From assembly GCF_004010195.1 (NCBI RefSeq), contig NC_057749.1, positions 22,329,703-22,388,031 of the forward strand: DNA of 58,329 nt, read 5' to 3'. Under the pieces are notes generated by a model. It had not been told where the DNA came from. It ran no database searches and saw only the letters and a program-made list of their open reading frames with translations. The translations under genes and the position numbers were made by a program. The DNA comes from Chiloscyllium plagiosum. Taxonomy: Eukaryota. Of this stretch, positions 49,640-58,329 are shown in pieces; positions within the stretch are counted from its first letter, which is position 1, and each line of letters begins with the position of its first letter.

Positions 49640-50421
49640 CTGTATAGGCTAGGTCAGACCAGTTGAGGATGGGCAGAATTCCTTCTCCTAAAACATTAGG
49701 GAAAAGGAATCGTTTCATGGTCACCATTACACAGAGTCATATGGTACAGAAACAGACTCATCGGTCTCACTCGCCCATCCTGACCAGGTTACCCAAACTA
49801 AACTAGTCCCATTTGCCTGCACTTTGCCCATCTCCCTCTAAATATTTCCTATTCATATATCTATCCAAATGTCTTTTAAATGTTGTAACTGTACCTGTAG
49901 CTACCATTTCTGCTGGAAGTTCATTCCCTATGGATCCAATACATTTCTGGACCTGCCCACAGCTGGAATAATGTGATCATTCACAACTCTGCTGCACGTG
50001 TCTCCACCTTGTCCCCATCACCCTGGTCTTCACTGACAGACTTTGGCTCCTGGGCAAGTACAGCCTCAAATTTAGATTTAACATCCTTGTTATAAACTCC
50101 CTCTGTGGCCTTGTCCATCCTTATCTCTGTCACATACGATCACACTATCCTCTGAAGGGTGTGGACTTCTACGATAAGCTTCCAATTGATCTTAAATTCC
50201 AGTAGCTACCATGGGAGGATTTAAACCCAAGTTACAAAGTAGGAGAAAAAGCAAATATAGCTCCATTTGGGAGCAGGTTTGGATAGTTCATTATGTGACA
50301 ATGGTGTAGCTTGAAGAGGTTATTTTGTCCTGGTTATTTTTTAACAAGAGGCCATGAGCTGCCTGGTTAAGACCACCTGAGTAAACAGCTTGGGAGGCCG
50401 TGGGGTTTTTGTTTAGAATGG

Positions 50422-51103
50422 ACCCCACCACCAGGGATATATTTCCCTCCCCACCCCTCTCTGCCTTCCGCAAAGACCGTTCCCTCCGTGACTACCTGGT
50501 CAGGTCCACGCCCCCCTACGACCCACCCTCCCATCCTGGCACTTTCCCCTGCCACCGCAGGAACTGTAAAACATGTGCCCACACCTTCTCTTCACCCCTA
50601 TCCAAGGCCCTAAAGGAGCCTTCCACATCCATCAAACTTTTACCTGCACATCCACTAATATCATCTATTGTATCCGTTGCTCCCGATGCGGCCTCCTCTA
50701 CANNNNNNNNNNNNNNNNNNNNNNNNNNNNNNNNNNNNNNNNNNNNNNNNNNNNNNNNNNNNNNNNNNNNCCAGTTCCAAACTTCCAGGTCAGCACTGTC
50801 CCCATGACTTGTCCTACCTGCCTATCTTCTTTTCCACCTATCCACTCCACCCTCTCCTCCCTGACCTATCACCTTCATCTCCTCCCCCACTGACCTATTG
50901 TACTCTATGCTACTCTATACCCACCTCCACCCTCCCCTAGCTTATCTCTCCACGCTTCAGGCTCTCTGCCTTTATTCCTGATGAAGGGCTTTTGCCCGAA
51001 ATGTCGATTTCGCTGCTCCTCGGATGCTGCCTGAATTGCTGTACTCTTCCAGCACCACTGATCCAGAATCTGGTTTCCAGCATCTGCAGTCATTGTTTTT
51101 ACC
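50422..51103 (+). mobile_element. Penelope-like element, 5'-truncated, with a perfect 16-bp target-site duplication; contains an assembly gap
   Basis: TTTTTGTTTAGAATGG at 50406-50421 and 51104-51119. Encodes linker GTFPCHRRNCKTCAH and GIY-YIG start FTCTSTNIIYCIRCSRCGLLY. Hammerhead CTGATGA at 50978, GAAA at 50998. Confidence 0.93.
50703..50770. other. Assembly gap (run of N)
   Basis: Ns in the sequence. Confidence 1.
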
Positions 51104-51601
51104 TTTTTGTTTAGAATGGTCCATCTCTATAAGATTAGGATTTGTAGATTCAAGTTTTTCAGTAGCATCAGAAAATATTAAGGTCTCAACTGAGTTGGGA
51201 GCTTCAGTGGAAGTCTCCTGGCTGCTACTCTCTCTGAACTTTCTCTTGATGGTTTTTCCTCCTGGGATTGGAGAACTGCATGCGAGAATCTGTGTCTGAA
51301 CTTGCCTTTTGTGTGTTTACTGTATTTGAACAGTTAATTAGTAATAGGTACTGTCTCTATTATTCTGTTAAGTTTTCCAACAGAGTTAAGGTATTCTAAA
51401 TTGCTCTTCCTTCGGCTGGATTTTTAACTACAGTATTTAAATAAGTTGTCTTTTGCTTAGCATCGATCAGTCACATCGCATCTGAAACAGGCACTGTACA
51501 TTTACATTCAAAATAAGAAAACGTTAGAATCTAGGTGACCTCCTTATTATATTTTGAGGGGGTCCGGTCCGGTCCATAATGAATGACTCGGAGATTATTA
51601 C

Positions 51602-51721
51602 CTCAGCGTAATGGAGAGCATCAGGACAGATGATATTGTAATCGTCAGCGCATACTCTCGCCACATTCTGCAGATATTTCATAAATTCCGGCAGTTCATT
51701 CCATATAATATTCTTCAGCTC
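51602..51721 (-). CDS. ICE2: ICE2 exon, 120 bp, phase 0 to 0
   Basis: ctgttgcag|GAG ... GAG|gtaata. Encodes ELKNIIWNELPEFMKYLQNVARVCADDYNIICPDALHYAE versus recalled human EFLKFLQNSAKKCAQDYNML. Confidence 0.93.
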
Positions 51722-52684
51722 CTGCAACAGATGCCCACACAATTACAACATTAAATACTCTCAGCGGGAGGCAAACCAAATGATGTGAGAGGGAAACTAG
51801 ATTGGAAACATAGTCAACAGTGATGGTGAAGAAGAGCAGATGAGCCTGTTGAAAATACAGACAAAGGAAATAGGACAGCAGTGGGAAAGTACACAATCAG
51901 TGCAGACATGGTCTACTTGACCCAACTGGTCTACATTGGTACTTAGGGTCCACATTAGCCTCCGCCCACCCTAAGTTAACGCAAATACATAACAAATTCA
52001 TCAACTATGTTCCAAACAGAGATTCAAAAATCATGACAGCACAAAGTGAGAGGGGAAAGTAAGCATCAAGGGTGTTACAAAAGGATTGGATTGGATGAAG
52101 CAGCCAAGCAAGCACATGGTAATGACATATAACATGGGGAAAGGAGAGGGGATTACCCTCTTTGGCTGGCAAAGGAGAACAGCAAAACAAGTTTGAATGG
52201 CAAGAGACTGGGAAATGCTGGTGTTCAGAGGGATTAGGGTGTCCATACAAAGCTAACGTGCAGGTACGGTAAGTAATTACAAAATGGCACATTAGCTTTT
52301 ATTACAAAGAGTTTGGAATATAAGTGTGAAGACGTCATATTACAATTTAGATTAGATTCCCTACAGTGTGGAAACAGGCCCTTTGGCCCAACAAGTCCAC
52401 ACCGACCCACTGAAGTGCAACCCACCCAGACCCATTCGGGCTGCGTACCTCAGAAGGCTGTGGGAGTTCAGCCATCCAGTGGGCTCAAGACAGAGTCAAT
52501 AATGTCTTATAGTGTGGGAAAGCAGAGCGCAGATTGAAGATCAGGGACAATCTCAAAGCAGTACAAGTTTGAAGGGTTAAATGGCCAACTCCTGCTTTGA
52601 GAAAAACAAGCCACTGTCTTTGCACGTATCGTTAGTAATTAAATGTGGAGGAGCCGGTTTTGGACTCGGGTGGACAAAATCAGA

Positions 52685-52840
52685 AGTCACACGACACCAG
52701 GTTTATTTGAAATCACAAGCATTCCGAGCGCCGCTCCTTGGTCAGGCGATGTGGACTTGGCCTGGTGAAGGAGCAGCGCACTGAGAGCTTGTGATTTCAA
52801 ATAAACCTGTTGGACTCTCACCTGGTGGTGGGTGATTTTG
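52685..52840. mobile_element. Fold-back dimer of the family B Penelope-type terminus, hammerhead cores decayed
   Basis: CAGGTTTATTTGAAATCACAAGC (52698) and GCTTGTGATTTCAAATAAACCTG (ends 52809) are perfect reverse complements; homologous to 22320-22387. Confidence 0.75.
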
Positions 52841-53072
52841 TAATTAAAGGGGAGGCAAAAAAACAAAACAATCAAAAGGAAACAAAATGGAGCAGAAATT
52901 ATCACCGGAAATTGTGGATCTGGGTATGATGTGTTGCAAGTTGCCAAATGAAAGATGCGGTGCTGCTCTTACACGCTGGTGCTGAGCTCCAGTATGGAGG
53001 GAGAAAGGACAGAAGGAGGTGCTGACAGCACAGAATACGGCAGGTAGTCCCATATGAAGCATTACAATTCCA

Positions 53073-53383
53073 GTTAGATTAGATTCCCTACAGTGCGGAA
53101 ACAGGCCCTTCGGCCCAACAAGTCCACACCGACCCTCCAAAGAGCAACCCACCCAGACCCATTCCCCTACTCCCCTAATGAACCTATCGCTACGGGCAAT
53201 TTAGCATGGCCAATTCACCTGAATTGTACATCTTTGGACTGCGGGAGGAAACCGGAGCACCCGGAGGAAACCCACGCAGACACGGGGAGAACGTGCAAAC
53301 TCCACACAGTCAGTCACCTGAGGCTGGAATTGAACCCGGGTCCCTGGTGCTGCGAGGCAACAGTGCTAACCAGTGTGCCGCCC
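53073..53383 (-). mobile_element. HE1-like V-SINE
   Basis: Tail, V core and head. Confidence 0.9.
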
Positions 53384-53681
53384 TGTTACTTATGGATACT
53401 TTTTTTTAGAGAAGGTTTGGGAAGGAAAGTGTGTGGAAGGTGTACATGATAAAACCTAATGGCTGATGGGCTCAAGACAGCTGAGAATAAAGCCACAGTC
53501 ACCTGAGGCTGGAATTGAACCCGGGTCCCTGGTGCTGCGAGGCAACAGTGCTAACCACTGTGCCGCCCTGTTACTTATGGATACTTTTTTTTTAGAGAAG
53601 GTTTGGGAAGGAAAGTGTGTGGAAGGTGTACATGATAAAACCTAATGGCTGATGGGCTCAAGACAGCTGAGAATAAAGCCA
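53311..53681. repeat. Tandem duplication, 185 + 186 bp
   Basis: 53311-53495 and 53496-53681 differ by about one substitution and one T in a T-run. Confidence 0.95.
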
Positions 53682-53749
53682 ACACACAGAATTTATAATC
53701 TCCAAAACCAGACGGCTTAACATTCACAAGCGCAGTTCAGCTGACTCAC

Positions 53750-54026
53750 AGAATATTGTGCGAGATGGGTCATCATTTTTCTCGATATCCGCCCACTTCT
53801 TTGCACGTTCTTGTATTTTTCCATTAACTGCACATAAGTTCGTTGGTCCTTCTCACAGAGGGAGGAAAAGCGGGGATAGGGCACCCGGGGTTCAGGGAGC
53901 GGAAACGATATCACTGAAGGTTTGGTGGGCTGACTGGCCGGAGTTGAGGGTTCAGGTTGGACGTTCGGTTTCGAGGCCTGCTGCGTTTCTGGTGGGTCAG
54001 GAGGCGTGGCATCTTCCTCTCTTTGC
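53750..54026 (-). CDS. ICE2: ICE2/NARG2 internal coding exon (first of 9 in window), 277 bp, phase 2 to 0
   Basis: Acceptor ttgctgccag|G, donor TCT|gtgagt. Encodes ...LPEPRVPYPRFSSLCEKDQRTYVQLMEKY...LAQYS, matching the recalled human ICE2 motif LPKPRVPYPRFSRFSQREQRSYVDLLVKY. Confidence 0.93.
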
Positions 54027-54594
54027 CTGGCAGCAATGGCGAAACAAAGGCCACGGTCAGATTTGAGTCAAAGCGAGCTGACAGCGTAACACAAGCCGGA
54101 GGGTGGAGTCAGCACCATTATAGAGGTGATACCTACCCACGTGCAGCACAAAAATGGACTATTCAGCCCCAATGAGCCCTGTTGGCACTTGGTCTCTACA
54201 TGAGCCTCCTCCCTATTTTATGACTCCCCTAAAGTATAGGGCACAGAAACAAACCCTTCGGTCCCATCAGTCCAGGCTAGCCCCAAATTAAACCAGTCCC
54301 ACCTGCCTGCGCTTGGCCCATATCCCTCCAAGCCTTTCCTATTCATGGACTTATCTAAATGTCTTTTAAACATTGTAAATGTACCCACATCCATCACTTC
54401 CTCTGGAAGTTCATTCCACACACCTCTTTAAAAAAAAGCCCCCATTTCTTTTTTTAAATCTTTCTCCTCTCACCTTAAAAATATACTCGCTTGAAATCCC
54501 CAGTTTGGGAAAAGACACCTGCTATTCATCTTATCTATTTACGATCATGATTTTATAAACCTCTATAAAAGACACTCCAGTCAAAAGGGTCTGT

Positions 54595-54920
54595 GGACGG
54601 TACGGTGGCTCAGTGGTTAGCACTGCTGCCTCACAGCGCCAGGGACGCGGGTTCAATTCCAGCCTCGGGTGCCTCCCCGTGTGGAGTTTGCCCCGTGTCT
54701 GCGTGGGTTTCCTCCCACAGTCCAAAGATGTGCAGGTTAGGGTGGATTGGCCATGCTAAACTGCCCCATAGTGTGCAGGGATGTGCAAGCTACATGGATC
54801 AGTCATGAGAAGTGCAGGGTTACTAGGACAGGTGGGTAAGTCTAGGTGGGATGTCCTTTGGAGGGTCTCTGCTGAGTTTGATGGGCTGATTGGCCTGCTT
54901 CCACACTGTAGGAGTTCTAT
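54595..54920 (+). mobile_element. HE1-like V-SINE nested in a minus-strand CR1 3' fragment (~54230-55155)
   Basis: Head, V core and tail; CR1 sequence on both flanks. Confidence 0.85.
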
Positions 54921-55610
54921 CCAGCCTCTCCTTAAAACACAGACTCTCTATTCCCAGCAACATCTTGGTAAATCTCTCTAGCTTAACAATATCCTTCCTA
55001 TAACAGGGCGACCAGAACTGGACACAGTGCTCCAGAAGTCTCACCAACATCATGTGGAACCTCCAAATGATGTCCCAACTCCAATACTCAAAAGGAGTGA
55101 GCAATGATGGCAAGTGTGCTAAACACTCTCTGAACTATCCTGTGTCTAGATATATCCTCCCAAACATTTAAGTCCGTTTAATCGCCATTGTGACAAAGGT
55201 GGCTGCAATATAAATCTGACTCGGCTTCTTACTGAAGATGATGTTACAGTAAATCCAGAGGCGAGGCCCACAACAGAGCTTTCCCAAAGTAGGGCTCATG
55301 AGATTTAAGGCAGGTATTGTTGGTGCAGATTTCCTACCAACTGAACAGTAAGACATCTTCAAATCCTTTCACTTTATTTCTCATACAGTGGACATAACTC
55401 AATAACTCAACCTCAGAAGTCAACAGATGTGGGGCTGGAAGAACACAGCAGATCAGACAGCATCTGAGGAGCAGGAAAGTCAACACATTGGCCTAAAGTT
55501 AACAATGAAAAGGTAACGGATACGACTTTCCTACCAGCTACGACCTCCCTCAGAACTGCTCCGTACAGAAAGGAGTGTCTGAGAGAGCTCTCTGACCCAG
55601 ACGGCAGGGT

Positions 55611-55813
55611 GAAAGTGAGGTCTGCAGATGCTGGAGATCAGAGTCGAGTGTTGCTGGGAAAGCACGGCAGGTCAGGCAGCATCCGATGAGCAGGATAATT
55701 GATGTTTCGGGCATAAGCCCGTCCTGATGAAGGGCTTATGCCCGAAACGTTAATTCTCCTGCTCCTCGGATGCTGCCTGACCTGCTGTGCTTTCCCAGCA
55801 ACACATTCTCAAC
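55611..55813. mobile_element. Fold-back Penelope pLTR dimer with an intact plus-strand hammerhead core
   Basis: Arms 55648-55720 and 55732-55804. CTGATGA at 55724, GAAA at 55744, GTT triplet. Confidence 0.87.
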
Positions 55814-55881
55814 CCAGACAGCAGGGTTGCCACCAGTCGAGTGCACAAAAGGATTCCACAAACACACAGAAACAATGAGTA

Positions 55882-56186
55882 AGATTAGATTAGAATCCCT
55901 ACAGGATAGAAACAGGTCCAACAAGTCCACACCAACTCACCGATGAGTAATTCACCCTGACCCAATCCCCTATCCTATATTTACCCTGACTAATGAACCT
56001 AACACTATGAGCAGTTTAGCACGGCCAATTCACTTAACCTGCACATCTTTGGACTGTGGGAGAAACCCATGCAGACACGGGGAGAACGTGCAACTCCACA
56101 CAGAGAGTGGCCCGAGGCTGGGATCGAACCCGGGTCCCTCGTGCTGTGAGGCAGCAGTGCTAACTACTGAGCCACCCTGCCGCCCT
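55882..56186 (-). mobile_element. HE1-like V-SINE
   Basis: Tail, V core and head. Confidence 0.87.
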
Positions 56187-56269
56187 AGTAGACACGCTGT
56201 TTTAGTGAAGTCGGTTAAGGGATAAATATTTGCCAGGACCCCAGATGGCACTTACACTTACGTAAGAAA

Positions 56270-56835
56270 TAGGAGCAGCAGGAGGCCATTCAGCCCCTCG
56301 ACCCTGCTCCGTCATTCAATAGGATCATGGCTGATCCAACATTCTTCCCATCCGCTTTCCTGCCCTTTCCCCCCCTTTCCCCTTGATTCCCTGACTGATT
56401 AAGAATCTATCGATCTCAGCCTGAAATACACAAGGCCTCTGTCCCCGCGGGCTCTCTTCCAAAGACTCTCAACCCACTCAGAAAAAAAATTCCTCCTCAA
56501 CTCAGTCTTCAATTGGTGTCTCTGAGACTACGCGCATTGGTCCTAGACTCCCCAAAGAGGGGAAACATCCCCTCAGCATTTACCCGGTCAAGCCCCTGGA
56601 GATTTCTATATTTTCCAATGAGATCACCAGTCATTCTTCTAAACTGCAGGGAGTAGAGGCCCAACCTGTTTAACCTTTGCTCCTAAGACAATCCCTCCAT
56701 ACCAGGAAACATCTGAATGAACCTTCTCTGAACTGTCTCCAAATGAAACGCTATCTTTCCTTATTTATAGGGATCAAAACCGCTCACACCAGCACCTTAT
56801 ACATTTGCAGTCAGACTTTCCTACGTTTAGACTCT
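56270..56835 (-). mobile_element. CR1-type 3' fragment
   Basis: 3' UTR GGCCATTCAGCCCCTCGA...GATCATGGCTGAT, shared with the CR1 ends at ~36450 and ~40075. Confidence 0.75.
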
Positions 56836-56894
56836 TCTGGTAGCACCAGCCTGCATATTGTGTTCATATCTCTGCATTGGGCTCAAATCCCCAA

Positions 56895-57052
56895 TATCTC
56901 TCCACCCCCGAGGCTCCCAGCCTCATTCCTGATGAAGGACTCTGGCCCAAAATGTCGATTCTCCTGCTCCTCGGATGTTGCCTGACCTGCTGTGCTTTTC
57001 AGCAACACTCTCCCAACTCTGATCTCCAGCATCCGCAGACCACACTGTCTCC
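56895..57052 (+). mobile_element. Penelope pLTR fragment, hammerhead core mutated (GAAA to AAAA)
   Basis: CATTCCTGATGAAGGACTCTGGCCCAAAATGTCGATT followed by the family tail. Confidence 0.8.
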
Positions 57053-57920
57053 TAGTTCAAATCCACAAATGATTCAGATTTGAGAGTGCCACTACTGCCC
57101 AATGGCTGACACTTCACCTTCTAATAATTAAATTGAGTCGCAGTTAACACAAAGCTGTTAAACAAGCTAAATGAAACACAAAGAGCAAGTGACTCAACCC
57201 ACACAACTGCTGCTCAGACAGAGCCAGGAATAGACAGAGAAATCAATTAAACATTCAGTTATGATCTGTTAAGCATCCGTGTCACAGTGGTCACATTAAA
57301 GAGAATTGGGTTATCCAATGGCTGGCACACAATTACAATGTGAAATACAGAAAACAGGAGCAAGAGAAGGCCATTCAGCCTTCAACCATTCACCATTCAA
57401 TAAGATCATGGCTGATCCTCGATCACAACTGCCACTCTCTTTGCCTACTCCTTAAAGCCTTTGATCTCTAGAAATCCATTTCTTCACGTCACAGAACATA
57501 AAACATTGAACAGTACAGCACAGTACAGGCCCTTCGGCCCTTGATGTTGTGCCAACCTTCTATCCTACTCTAAGATCAGACTAACCTACATACCCTTCAT
57601 TGTACTATCTTCCATGTACCTATCGAAGAGTCGCTTAAATGTCCCTAATGTATGTGACTCTAAGAGTCTCAGAGTCATACCACACGGAAACAGACCCTTC
57701 ACTCCAAACTACACTAGTCCCACCTGCCTGTGCTTGGCCCATATCTTTGCAAACATTTCCTATTCATGTACTCATCCAAATGTCTTTTAAACATTGTAAC
57801 TGCACCCGCATTCACCCACTTCCTCCGGAAGTTCATTCCACACCCGAACAACTCTATCTAAAAAGGTTGCCCCTCATCCTTTTTAAATCTTCCTCCACTC
57901 ACCTTAAAAATATGCCCCCA

Positions 57921-58329
57921 GATGCAGGTTTGCTCACTGAGCTGGAAGGTTCGTTTCCAGACGTTTGGTCACCATACTAGGTAACGTCTTCAGTGAGCCC
58001 CCGAATGAAGCACTACTGATGATTCCTGCTTTCTATTTATATGTTTACCCAAAGAAACCCAAACCACAACAACGAGCACCCGAGCTACAAATCTTCTCCC
58101 AAACTTTGAACACCTACGGGCGAGAGACGCTAAGACAAGCCAGGAAATGGGAATTCTGTGCCAACCGCCTAAGTGCCACATACGAACAACTCCGGTTCCT
58201 GCATGAATGTCGAAAGAATCGAATCCTTCCACCATGTGGCAGATACAGACCACCAGTCAACAACCCACAAGCCAGGGACACAGCCAGACAGAACGGATTC
58301 AGGATGATCCAGGTAATGATTACAGACGC
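57921..58329 (+). mobile_element. 5' end of a third Penelope-like family: inverted pLTR followed by an ORF N-terminus that runs off the window
   Basis: Minus-strand hammerhead-like CTGAAGA-C-GTTACC-tagtat-GGTGAC-CAAA-C-GTC at 57960-57993. Plus frame from 58115 reads YGRETLRQARKWEFCANRLSATYEQLRFLHECRKNRILPP..., resembling the PLE N-terminal YG...FL..C....I.P pattern. Confidence 0.72.

Larger units (their letters stand above)
50294..51580 (+). mobile_element. Solo-LTR-like repeat (copy 3), split by a Penelope insertion
   Basis: TGTGACAATGGTGTAGC ... GAGTAAACAGCTTGGGAGGCC ... GGTCCATAAT; collinear with copies 1 and 2. Confidence 0.7.

Noticed and set aside
49310..49666. Duplicated protein-coding mini-gene (same peptide in two ORFs)
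   Set aside because: The shared peptide reflects the DNA inversion; the copies differ by frame-disrupting indels and no domain is recognisable.
55168..55362. Upstream ICE2 exon (SPTLGKL resembling APSLKEL)
   Set aside because: It lacks the expected FFSRE.Y motif and I found no convincing phase-compatible donor; the upstream exons are probably outside the window.
1..58329. Prokaryotic-type system (operon, defence island, retron, phage)
   Set aside because: Spliceosomal exons, vertebrate SINEs/LINEs and low coding density show this is vertebrate intronic DNA; all RT motifs are CR1 or RTE type.

Overview
Vertebrate genomic DNA, almost certainly from an elasmobranch (shark-type HE1/V-SINEs, CR1 LINEs, Penelope elements). 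The whole window lies inside one minus-strand gene, ICE2 (NARG2, little elongation complex subunit 2). Nine internal coding exons (2210 nt, 736 whole codons) can be reconstructed with GT-AG boundaries and matching phases; the first and last exons fall outside the window. Most ORF-track entries are repeat-derived noise. The introns are packed with CR1, RTE and Penelope-like retroelements, at least three tRNA-derived SINE families, a solo-LTR family and Tc1/mariner-class MITEs. The most interesting signal is a population of Penelope-derived mini-elements carrying minimal type I hammerhead ribozyme motifs (CTGANGA...GAAA) from several families. These include a 131-bp element with its own target-site duplication, several fold-back (palindromic) dimers, and one copy that has captured an inverted copy of nearby host DNA. 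Hammerheads in Penelope elements are established knowledge; the fold-back and capture architecture is the part that may be undescribed. Also present are a 590-bp local inverted duplication, a 185-bp tandem duplication, an apparently uninterrupted ~750-codon CR1 ORF2 and candidate conserved non-coding elements. All family names and homologies come from recalled motifs, not from database searches.
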